Shown: positions 18,620 to 26,992 of the stretch, piece after piece
Layout of the letters: each line of letters starts with the position of its first letter
Position numbering within the stretch: position 1 is the first letter of the stretch
Origin: an uncultured Gammaproteobacteria bacterium
GTDB taxonomy: Bacteria > Patescibacteriota > Patescibacteriia > UBA1558 > GWA2-36-10
DNA: 64,000 nt
Reading direction: 5' to 3'
Assembly: GCA_964633905.1 (NCBI GenBank)
Contig: CAZWIT010000003.1
Location: 67,193-131,192 of the forward strand
The notes under the pieces: model-generated
Seen by the model: the letters and a program-made list of their open reading frames with translations, nothing else
What the model was told of the DNA's origin: nothing
Database searches by the model: none
Program-made: the position numbers and the translations under genes

Positions 18620-18705
18620 TTATATCAAAAAACCACCCATTCGAATATACTCAGGGTGATTTTCTGTTGGGATCCTCTGTGGGATGAATTCCGAACCCTA
18701 GATTG
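18620..18705. repeat. Intergenic repeat family copy (terminator hairpin + TTTTTTGATATA + GATTTTCTGTTGGGATCCTCTGTGGGATGAATTCCGAACC core)
   Basis: Shares a ~45-nt core with 23431-23478 and shorter related segments at 13158, 19771, 20800, 22093 and 25397. Confidence 0.6.
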
Positions 18706-18744
18706 GAATAAATTATAATATAATATTCCTATATTAATTAAAAA

Positions 18745-19746
18745 TTAGGGTAAATCTATTTCTAAAACTTCTGAAAATTTCTTCTCCGCTTCTCCAGGCG
18801 TACCATCCTCATACTTTTCTATTATTCTACCCTCTAATATCAGTCTTCTATCTTCTGTTATTTCTTTTATTCTGTAGTCTATCTTCTCATTATCTACCAA
18901 AATGATTTCTTTATTATCACTAATTCGTTTAAATACAGCCTTACCAAAAACAAATATATTGCCTGGAGCTGGGGGGTCTATGGGGTAATATGATTTAGTT
19001 GATTCTAAATAAACAACACTATCTCCATTATCTGTAAAAACTGCTTTAGCAGTTGCTAGATCTAAAATTTCTTTAGTTTGTACATTCAGAGTGGCATAAT
19101 AATGCCATAGAATAGTGCCTGGATTCCATTGAAATGCATAATACTGCCCTTCTATAACTAAATCAGTGCCTGAAATTGACTCTAAAATAATCAAATTATT
19201 ATCATTTGACCATTTAACTGGTAAGTGAATGCCCCAACCACCATTCCAGCCAGCTTTAGAAGTTGACACAATTTTATTTAAAAACTTTTGAAAAAATGAT
19301 AAATCATCATCAGGTTTATTATCAAATACGGTTTCCACTAACCCCGTCTCTAAATCTTTAATTTTTATTTTATAATGTAACGAACATTCTTCTTCACAAG
19401 ACGGATGTCTAGTATATTTATTCAATTCTGCATAAGCTAATTTTTTACCATCATTTGATAATACAGAATTAATAAATATGTAACCATCTTCTAAAACTAC
19501 TTCCTCTTTTTTGTCGTCAAACCTAAACTCATCTGGTAATTCTTTTAAAGTGATTTCCTCTGTTTTTGTGCCTTCTGTTATTCCTTCATTATCTTTAATT
19601 AAGCTATATAAATTATTTATAGTATTTTGCTTATCTATCTCCTGCCAGACAAAAACTCCTACTATAAATATGGAGCCAATTATAGCGGTAATAAATATAG
19701 CCACAATGACATCAGAAAATCCTTTTTGATTTTTAAATACTTTCAT
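18745..19746 (-). CDS. Membrane-anchored hypothetical protein (N-terminal TM, large extracytoplasmic domain)
   Basis: 333-aa ORF with a single N-terminal TM. Confidence 0.55.
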   Translation of the reverse strand: MKVFKNQKGFSDVIVAIFITAIIGSIFIVGVFVWQEIDKQNTINNLYSLIKDNEGITEGTKTEEITLKELPDEFRFDDKKEEVVLEDGYIFINSVLSNDGKKLAYAELNKYTRHPSCEEECSLHYKIKIKDLETGLVETVFDNKPDDDLSFFQKFLNKIVSTSKAGWNGGWGIHLPVKWSNDNNLIILESISGTDLVIEGQYYAFQWNPGTILWHYYATLNVQTKEILDLATAKAVFTDNGDSVVYLESTKSYYPIDPPAPGNIFVFGKAVFKRISDNKEIILVDNEKIDYRIKEITEDRRLILEGRIIEKYEDGTPGEAEKKFSEVLEIDLP

Positions 19747-19770
19747 AATTTTATTTAAATTTTATAACTT

Positions 19771-19885
19771 CATTATATCAAAAAACCCCGCCAGAGGCGA
19801 GGTAAACATTCCAAGAGGAATGATTATTTGAACCGTCTCGACCCGCAAGACTCGCCGATGCGAGGCGGGTGGGATCCTCTGCAAG
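19771..19885. repeat. Intergenic repeat family copy, highly structured (nested stems CCCGCC...GGCGGG, GGCGAG...CTCGCC, CATTCC...GGAATG) ending GGGATCCTCTGCAAG
   Basis: Shares the tatatcaaaaaacc start and the GGGATCCTCTG core with the other copies. Confidence 0.5.
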
Positions 19886-19895
19886 AAATTTTTTA

Positions 19896-20771
19896 CTACT
19901 TATTGCTATTTATCACGCCCTCTAAACACTGCCTATCATCTAATAAATAATCACATATGGTATCATCCCCTTTAATGCGGGCCAATGTACTGAAACATTC
20001 ATTTATATTCATCAGACTAACCTTTTTACAATATTCTTCATTCAAAGTGGTTTTTGCATGGGCTATATAACAAGTACTTTTAAAAGGAGCAGCTTCATTT
20101 TCACATTTTTCAACTTGTAAATAAGACAAATCTACTGCCGAAGGTTTTTCTTTAAAACAGAAACATTCGTTAGTACTCTTAACAAACATTGGGCTACTTT
20201 CACAAATTTCTCTACAACCATCCAAACTTTTCGCTGTTCCATCAGCGGGATGCATCCATCCATAACCATTAATTTTCCAAACTCCATTATCTTTTATCAG
20301 ATAAATATACTGCGGTTTTTTTTGACGATTATTTTTTATAGCCATTACCTTTAATACTGCCACATCATTTTTTATATCTACATTATCTATTGTGTATTCT
20401 AAGCCATTAAATTGACTTAAAAACATATTTTCTAAACTAAGCTCCTTAATCTCAGGATATAGCGCCGCCGTTTCTTTTGCTGATTTTAAAAAACTTTCTG
20501 ATGAATATATATAAGAAAAATATTTATCAACATCAACATTTTTAGCAGCAGTCATTGCTTCCGCAAAAACCTCTTCTGGGGTCGAATTATTGATATCAAC
20601 TTCTAAAAGTTTATCGCTATCAGTAATTTTGCCTTCAATATTATTAACATTTAAATCCGTTAGGATATTTGCCTTACCATCGCTAATATTTTGCTGACTA
20701 GCTTTTTTAGGGATTAAGGTGCACCCGGTAATAATGACTGGAAATAAAATTAATAAAATAAATCTTTTCAT
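19896..20771 (-). CDS. Lipoprotein with Cys-rich C-terminal domain, hypothetical
   Basis: Lipobox (IITGCTL). The C-terminal third contains 13 Cys. Confidence 0.55.
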   Translation of the reverse strand: MKRFILLILFPVIITGCTLIPKKASQQNISDGKANILTDLNVNNIEGKITDSDKLLEVDINNSTPEEVFAEAMTAAKNVDVDKYFSYIYSSESFLKSAKETAALYPEIKELSLENMFLSQFNGLEYTIDNVDIKNDVAVLKVMAIKNNRQKKPQYIYLIKDNGVWKINGYGWMHPADGTAKSLDGCREICESSPMFVKSTNECFCFKEKPSAVDLSYLQVEKCENEAAPFKSTCYIAHAKTTLNEEYCKKVSLMNINECFSTLARIKGDDTICDYLLDDRQCLEGVINSNK

Positions 20772-20870
20772 AATTTAAATTTAATATTAAACATTATAAG
20801 TATATCAAAAAACCACCTCTTAGCGAAGTGAATACTAAAAACTAAATCAATATTAAGATTAAAATTTTAT

Positions 20871-22019
20871 TTATTTTTTCAAAATATTTTTATACAGATC
20901 TACCATATTATCCATTAAACGATCTGCCTGAAAATTTTGTGCTGTCTTTATGGCTTGTTGAGATAATTGAAAACGCAGATCGTCATTATTGAGTAATAAG
21001 TTTATCTTTTCAATAGACTCTTCTAAACTATTTACCGCAAAACCATTTTCATAATCACGTATAACTTCTGGCACTACACCAACCGGATAAGCAACTGGTA
21101 CTAAGCCTTGCGACATGGCTTCTATCAGGCTTAAAGAAAACCCCTCATAACGAGATGGCATAAATAAAATAGCACCACGATATTGAGCTAAAATACTTGG
21201 AATATTTCTCTTAACTGCATTAACAAATAAAACATGATTATTAATCTGTTGACGCAACCAAGATAATAGTGGTTTATTACGAGACATTACTATAGATACT
21301 TTTTGTATATCTGGAAATTGATTAAAAACACTAATTAGACGATTGACACCTTTTAATTTTAAAGTAAAAGCATCCTCACCAATACGACCCAAAAAAACAA
21401 TAGCGCGACTATTAGTTTCTATAGAGGCTGTGCTTTTTTGCTCTTCAAACCAATAATCTTCCACAGCATTATGCAAAATTTTTATTTTGTCTGACTGAAC
21501 TCCTACAGAAATAAGATCATTTTTTACAATACTAGACGTAGCCATAATATGATCGACTCTTTCAGCTGCATACTGTTCAATAACAGCAATATCATTGAGT
21601 GGTCTCCTGGTCTTGATATCTAATTCCTTAATGGCTCCGTCTTTTTTTAATCTATAAAAAATACGTCTACAATCATCTTCTAGAGCGCTAGCCTTTGGCA
21701 CGGACCTCAAAAAACCGATAGTAGTTGATCCAAAATGAGAAACTATCGGTTTAGAAAAACGCAAAAAAGCTAATGGCGTATAAGTAGTACCTTGAATAAT
21801 ATCATGCCGCAAAATTTGATCACGTTTTTCTAACAAAGAATAAAAATAAAGAATATTATTAATACCCTTAAAATGAGTTGGAGTATCCTTTAAAGTAAAA
21901 CTTGGATAAAAATTATTTACCTCAATTCCTCGCTCGCGCAATTTACAACTAATCAGATCATTTATAAAATGAGCGCCTGTTCCTATTTTTTTATCACTAT
22001 GAATCAAGGCAATTTTCAT
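20871..22019 (-). CDS. Glycosyltransferase family 4 (GT-B fold)
   Basis: C-terminal EX7E-type motif region: SRYEGFSLSLIEAMSQGLVPVAYPVGVVPEVIRDYENGFAV. Confidence 0.75.
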   Translation of the reverse strand: MKIALIHSDKKIGTGAHFINDLISCKLRERGIEVNNFYPSFTLKDTPTHFKGINNILYFYSLLEKRDQILRHDIIQGTTYTPLAFLRFSKPIVSHFGSTTIGFLRSVPKASALEDDCRRIFYRLKKDGAIKELDIKTRRPLNDIAVIEQYAAERVDHIMATSSIVKNDLISVGVQSDKIKILHNAVEDYWFEEQKSTASIETNSRAIVFLGRIGEDAFTLKLKGVNRLISVFNQFPDIQKVSIVMSRNKPLLSWLRQQINNHVLFVNAVKRNIPSILAQYRGAILFMPSRYEGFSLSLIEAMSQGLVPVAYPVGVVPEVIRDYENGFAVNSLEESIEKINLLLNNDDLRFQLSQQAIKTAQNFQADRLMDNMVDLYKNILKK

Positions 22020-22092
22020 TTATTTACATTAAAATAATTTTAAGTCACACTTTTTTAATAGTAATAAAATTTTTTCTATACGTCAATAAATA

Positions 22093-22226
22093 ACAAATAT
22101 CAAAAAACTACCCATTCGACTACGCTCTCTTCGAGTCTGAGTGGCGAGGCCACTAGACCTCAGAGCCGAAAGCAGGGTAATCTTCTGTTGGAACCCAATA
22201 AAAACGATTCTTATAAACTAGCCTTG
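22093..22226. repeat. Intergenic repeat family copy (tatcaaaaaactacccattcga... stems ...gggtaatcttctgttggaaccc)
   Basis: Related to the 18620 copy (acccattcga start; cttctgttgg core). Confidence 0.45.
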
Positions 22227-22973
22227 CTACTCCTTAATAATCTCTAAAGATAAACTTTCCAGTGGCAAACCCTGGTATTGTTTTTTACTAATTTCTTTAT
22301 TCTCACCTAAAATATTCACCTGCAAACCAGCTTGTTTTACTTTGGCAATATAATTATCTTTCAAAAGTGCTCCACCCACACAGCCAGCTATCAAATCTTC
22401 GTTATTCCTCTGCTCTTCAGATAAATCCTCTAATAACACAATATCAGAAATACACATTTTCCCGCCTTGCTTTAAAACACGATAAGCTTCTTGAAAAACT
22501 TTTAATTTGTCAGGAGCTAAATTGATAACGCAGTTGCTAATAATAATATCAATAGAATTATCCTCTATTGGTAAATTCTCAATTTCCCCTAATTTAAATT
22601 CGACATTATTATATTTATATTTATTAGCTAAAATAGTAGCTTTGACAATCATCTCCTGAGTCATGTCTACGCCAATAACTTTACCAGTCTCACCAACTTT
22701 TTTAGCTGCCAAAAAAGCATCAAAGCCAGCCCCAGAGCCAAGATCCAAAACAACATCACCGACTTTAATTTTACTGATAGTAATTGGATTGCCACAACCT
22801 AAGCCCATATTAGCCTCGGGTACTACAATCATCTCTTCATCAGAGTAGCCAATACTTTTAGAAATTGACTGGCTAGTATCCGAACCACAGCTACACTTGC
22901 AGCCACAGCCAGATTGCTTAGCTAATTTAGCATAATTATCTTTTACTACTTTTTTTACTTCTTCGGCTTGCAT
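22227..22973 (-). CDS. SAM-dependent methyltransferase, arsenite methyltransferase (ArsM)-like with Cys-rich N-terminus
   Basis: VLDLGSGAGFDAFLAAKKVGETGKVIGVDMTQEM (class I SAM motif I/II). N-terminal CGCKCSCGSD and conserved Cys as in ArsM/UbiE-like enzymes. Confidence 0.65.
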   Translation of the reverse strand: MQAEEVKKVVKDNYAKLAKQSGCGCKCSCGSDTSQSISKSIGYSDEEMIVVPEANMGLGCGNPITISKIKVGDVVLDLGSGAGFDAFLAAKKVGETGKVIGVDMTQEMIVKATILANKYKYNNVEFKLGEIENLPIEDNSIDIIISNCVINLAPDKLKVFQEAYRVLKQGGKMCISDIVLLEDLSEEQRNNEDLIAGCVGGALLKDNYIAKVKQAGLQVNILGENKEISKKQYQGLPLESLSLEIIKE

Positions 22974-23035
22974 AAATTAATCTATTTTTTTATTTAATAA
23001 CTTTTTTATTATATCACACAAAAGAAAAAACTTTT

Positions 23036-23398
23036 TCATATTTTGCTAATTATATAACCAGCAAAAATAAAGCTCAAAATTATTATTATATAAACGATAA
23101 TATTATCAATTATGGCGTAAATCTTAAAAGACCTGGTACCATTATTGCGAACAAACATATGATAGTAATAATAACGATGCCAATGATAACTTGTATAATA
23201 TAAGAATATTAAAAAAATAATAAAAAATAAAAATAATAATATGAAAGTGACTATCTTATTTACTCCTTCACTAGTATTTAAAAATGTGCAAAACAGAATA
23301 ACTTCTAGCACCGCAGACAAAATTAAATAAGGAATCTTTTGATAAAGTTGATTTTTGTAATACTCTTTATTTTTTTTCTGTAAACTAAATAACCACAT
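23036..23398 (-). CDS. Membrane protein, hypothetical
   Basis: 120-aa hydrophobic ORF. Confidence 0.4.
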   Translation of the reverse strand: MWLFSLQKKNKEYYKNQLYQKIPYLILSAVLEVILFCTFLNTSEGVNKIVTFILLFLFFIIFLIFLYYTSYHWHRYYYYHMFVRNNGTRSFKIYAIIDNIIVYIIIILSFIFAGYIISKI

Positions 23399-23520
23399 AT
23401 TGATAGTATATCAAAAAACCATTCCGTTTGGAATGATTTTCTGTTGGGGTCCGTTGTGGGATGAATTCAGAACCTTTTATAATAAGTATAGCGGTGACGA
23501 TTTACGAAGATTAAGCTATT
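23399..23520. repeat. Intergenic repeat family copy (gtatatcaaaaaacc-CATTCCgtttGGAATG-GATTTTCTGTTGGGGTCCGTTGTGGGATGAATTCAGAACC)
   Basis: Near-identical core to 18656-18700. Confidence 0.6.
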
Positions 23521-23522
23521 TA

Positions 23523-24257
23523 TTAAATATTGGCTAAATCTTTCTCTATTTTTTCCTTTAACCATTTTTTAAACTCCTCGAAATCAATGTAGCCATACTT
23601 GCGATCTTCATCATTTGGATTAGAACTCGTATATTCAAATCTCTCTTGAATATCTGTAAAAAAATCTTCATGTTTCTCGGTTAAATCACCATCTTTTACT
23701 TTAGTGACAAAATAAGTATAGAAATCTTCCTCAAATTTATTATAATCTGATTTGCCCGCAGTTGCTTCCGATAATTTATCTAATAAGTATTTAAAAAGTA
23801 CGGTTCTCTTTAATCTTTGATCTTTTTCTTTATCCAAAAAATCTTGCAAAATTTTATAAACATCTTTATAAGATGTTTCTCGTAATTCATCTTGAAAGAA
23901 AAATAATGAATTAGCTAATATATCCCTTTCATTGAATTTCCCATTAAACATAAGGCCCAGATACCTATCTCTAAATTTAGGATAATAGTTATATAACCTA
24001 GCATTTGATGTGACAACCCAACCGCCATACCCAGAATCATTCCAATACTTTAATGCATCAAATAAAATTGACGGTACTCTATCATCATTATCAATAAAAC
24101 TCAAAAGTATGGCGGCTGTACATTTATTACGAGCATCTTCGTATTTATTATAAAAACCAATGAGCTCTTCTGTGTGAGCTTTGGTTAATTTATTTTTATT
24201 ATTTAGGTCCCAATATTTTTTGAACTCCTTGGACTCTTTTTTAAATTTATTTTTCAT
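23523..24257 (-). CDS. Hypothetical protein
   Basis: 244-aa ORF, no motif. Confidence 0.5.
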   Translation of the reverse strand: MKNKFKKESKEFKKYWDLNNKNKLTKAHTEELIGFYNKYEDARNKCTAAILLSFIDNDDRVPSILFDALKYWNDSGYGGWVVTSNARLYNYYPKFRDRYLGLMFNGKFNERDILANSLFFFQDELRETSYKDVYKILQDFLDKEKDQRLKRTVLFKYLLDKLSEATAGKSDYNKFEEDFYTYFVTKVKDGDLTEKHEDFFTDIQERFEYTSSNPNDEDRKYGYIDFEEFKKWLKEKIEKDLANI

Positions 24258-24273
24258 TTTTAGAGACTTAGGA

Positions 24274-25338
24274 TTAAAAATATAATTTCTTCCTATTTTG
24301 TATAAAAACTATAAGTAATGCTAGTGCAAAAAAATTCACTTTTATTAACAAAGATATATTATCTAAATCTAAAGTCGAACCAAATGGAATACTAATCATC
24401 TGGCTAAAATCTAATATAATATTATTAAACCCTAAAATCACCGCTTGTAGAGCAGACCAAATAATACCAATTATTATGCCCGCTTTCTTTTTTTGAAATA
24501 AAAATATAGACCCAATTACCCCAAGTATAGATACTGGCATACCAAACATTATAAAATTTGAATTAAACAAGATAACTAAATAATTTATTAATTGACCTAA
24601 GCTCATAACAAGCATTAACCATTTCATAACCCCCATCATCTTGCTAAGATGTTTCCTTTTACTTTCTTCTTGTTTATTTTCTTGTTCTGTCGGCTTATTT
24701 ATAGGAAAACTATCTTCTGGCTTATAGTACTTGAATAACCTATCAATATATATTTCTAACTCTTCTTTTTTTACTTTTCCCAAAATTTTATCAGCCCTCC
24801 TATCCAAATTAATTATAAAATTATCAGCGTCATTAGGAAAACTATATGTAAAATTATAAGAATCAATAATAAAATCTTCTTTCTGTTCCTCTTTTAATTT
24901 TAAATAATAGTCGTTAAGTTTTCCCATTCCTTGAATAATGTTCTCGATAACAATTTTTACCTTATTGAATTCTGCCTTATCGCTCTTTAAACTATTTGCT
25001 ATGTCACTTCCTTTTCTAACATTGGTAATAAAATTAGCCCCAACAAAAGGATTCATATTTTCTAAAAACTCTTTAGCCTCCTCTATTGAATATCCGTACC
25101 AATTATCATCTGATAACTTTTTAGCTAGATCATCAAAACTATAATATTCTTTTAAGAAATATATACCATCACGAGTAATGTCTGATTCTCCAGTATGAAT
25201 TTCGTCCAATATATAAGCTAATTTATCAAAATCAATAAAGTCCTTAACATAAAAAGGACCAGAACCACTTTGATATAAAGTAAATGCTAAAACTTTTCCC
25301 TTATACTTTTCCTCAATTTTTGATTTATCATTTTCCAT
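24274..25338 (-). CDS. Hypothetical protein with C-terminal 4-TM domain
   Basis: 354-aa ORF: soluble N-domain then TM helices. Confidence 0.5.
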   Translation of the reverse strand: MENDKSKIEEKYKGKVLAFTLYQSGSGPFYVKDFIDFDKLAYILDEIHTGESDITRDGIYFLKEYYSFDDLAKKLSDDNWYGYSIEEAKEFLENMNPFVGANFITNVRKGSDIANSLKSDKAEFNKVKIVIENIIQGMGKLNDYYLKLKEEQKEDFIIDSYNFTYSFPNDADNFIINLDRRADKILGKVKKEELEIYIDRLFKYYKPEDSFPINKPTEQENKQEESKRKHLSKMMGVMKWLMLVMSLGQLINYLVILFNSNFIMFGMPVSILGVIGSIFLFQKKKAGIIIGIIWSALQAVILGFNNIILDFSQMISIPFGSTLDLDNISLLIKVNFFALALLIVFIQNRKKLYF

Positions 25339-25436
25339 ATATAAATCATACCAAAAATTATTAATAAAAACTACTTAAAGTTCTATAGCCATTCTGGGTG
25401 TATCAAAAAATTAGCTAAGATTAGCTAACTTTTTGG

Positions 25437-25512
25437 TGGGGTGCCTAAAGGGAATTGAACCCTTATCAGCGGTGCCACAAACCGCTGTGTTAACCGTTAC
25501 ACCATAGGCACC
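25437..25512 (-). tRNA. tRNA-His (anticodon GTG) with encoded G-1 and CCA
   Basis: Minus-strand read GGTGCCTATGGTGTAACGGTTAACACAGCGGTTTGTGGCACCGCTGATAAGGGTTCAATTCCCTTTAGGCACCCCA. Cloverleaf with extra 5' G, discriminator C. The anticodon loop read TTGTGGC gives GTG. Confidence 0.8.
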
Positions 25513-25528
25513 ATATAAAAAATTTACG

Positions 25529-25605
25529 TGGTGTCCCCAGCACGGCTCGAACGTGCAACCTACAGCTTAGAAGGCTGTTGCTCTATCCAATTGAGCTATG
25601 AGGAC
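25529..25605 (-). tRNA. tRNA-Arg (anticodon TCT) with encoded CCA
   Basis: Minus-strand read GTCCTCATAGCTCAATTGGATAGAGCAACAGCCTTCTAAGCTGTAGGTTGCACGTTCGAGCCGTGCTGGGGACACCA. All four stems pair; anticodon loop CTTCTAA. Confidence 0.8.
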
Positions 25606-25810
25606 TTATTAAAAAATAGATAAGCTGCCTACATTATAAATGTAAATAAACATTTTGTTTATCACTACTTGTCCCGAGCGTAGCCGAAGGAAGCTATGAG
25701 GACTTAAAAAAATGAACAAATTAACTAATGATTATTAATAATCATCGCTGAGTATAACAGTAATAGCCTATTTAGTCAATCCCATAATTAGTTTTAATTA
25801 GAGCTAAAAT

Positions 25811-26296
25811 ATGGTATATTTAAGAAGTTATCATAAACTTATGAGCTTAAAAAATAAAAATCCACAATTAATTTATTTAGCCGCTGATCACGCTGGTTTA
25901 AAATTAAAAAACCTAATTAAAAATTACCTAAGCGAGCAAGGTATTGCCTACAAAGATTTTGGCGCTGACAAACTAGAATCAACTGATGACTACCCTGATT
26001 ACGCTAAAAAATTAACTAAAGAATTAAGTAAAAATTCTCACAACTTTGGCATTTTGATTTGTGGCTCTGGCCAAGGCATGGTGATTGCTGCTAATCGCCA
26101 AAAAAAGGTTCGCGCTATCTTGGGCTATTCTGCTCATGCTGTTATGGTAGCGAGACTTGATAACGATGCCAATGCCCTGTGTCTAGCTGGACGCTTTATC
26201 TCTCCAACAACTGCTATTCATATTGTTGATTTATTTATTCATAGTCCTTTTTCTAAAGAAGAACGGCACCAAAGAAGAATCAAAAAACTAGGATGA
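25811..26296 (+). CDS. rpiB: Ribose-5-phosphate isomerase B (RpiB/LacAB family)
   Basis: LIYLAADHAGLKLK...GILICGSGQGMVIAANR...ILGYSAHAVMVARLDNDANALCLAGR. Confidence 0.85.
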   Translation: MVYLRSYHKLMSLKNKNPQLIYLAADHAGLKLKNLIKNYLSEQGIAYKDFGADKLESTDDYPDYAKKLTKELSKNSHNFGILICGSGQGMVIAANRQKKVRAILGYSAHAVMVARLDNDANALCLAGRFISPTTAIHIVDLFIHSPFSKEERHQRRIKKLG

Positions 26297-26955
26297 AAAC
26301 AATTCAAATTATCCCAGCAGTCCTTGCCTCTGATTTAAAACATTTTAAAAAACAGTGGCAGCAGGTAGCTAGCCTTAGCAAAACTATCCAAATAGACATT
26401 ATGGATGGTGTTTTAGTTACTACTAAAAATAACATTAATCCAAATACCATTAAAAATTTGACTAATAAACACCAGCTAGAAATCCATCTCATGGTCAAAG
26501 ACTTAAGTAACTATATGTCCAGCTGGTCCAAGTTAAAAAATGTCAAAAAAATTATCTGGCATTTTAGCGCTGAAACAAATACGCAAGCTATTTTGTGCTT
26601 AAATGATTATTTAAAAAAAAAAAAAATAAAAACTGGCCTATGTTTAGATCTTAAAACCAAACCCCAACAAATAGCTAAATTAGTTCCTTATTTTGACACT
26701 ATCCAAGTGATGGGAATCGTAGCTGGCAAGCAAGGCCAAAAATTTCAAGCTAAAGTTATTAGTAAAATAAAAACCTTAAGAAAAAAATACCCCGAAAAAA
26801 ATATTGAAATAGATGGTGGCGTAAACGACAAAAATTTTAAAACTATTCTTCAAGCTGGCGCTAATATATTTGTCCTAGGCAGTAGTTTACAAAACGCTCC
26901 TAATCCCAAAAAGGCTTATCAATACTTTAAAAATCTTAACCAAAAAACTCCTTAG
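26293..26955 (+). CDS. rpe: Ribulose-phosphate 3-epimerase
   Basis: IIPAVLASD...IQIDIMDG...GLCLDLKT...IQVMGIVAG...IEIDGGVN. Overlaps rpiB by 4 bp (operon). Confidence 0.8.
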   Translation: MKTIQIIPAVLASDLKHFKKQWQQVASLSKTIQIDIMDGVLVTTKNNINPNTIKNLTNKHQLEIHLMVKDLSNYMSSWSKLKNVKKIIWHFSAETNTQAILCLNDYLKKKKIKTGLCLDLKTKPQQIAKLVPYFDTIQVMGIVAGKQGQKFQAKVISKIKTLRKKYPEKNIEIDGGVNDKNFKTILQAGANIFVLGSSLQNAPNPKKAYQYFKNLNQKTP

Positions 26956-26992
26956 TAATATAAGGAGTTTTTTAATTAAAAATTTAAGTAAA

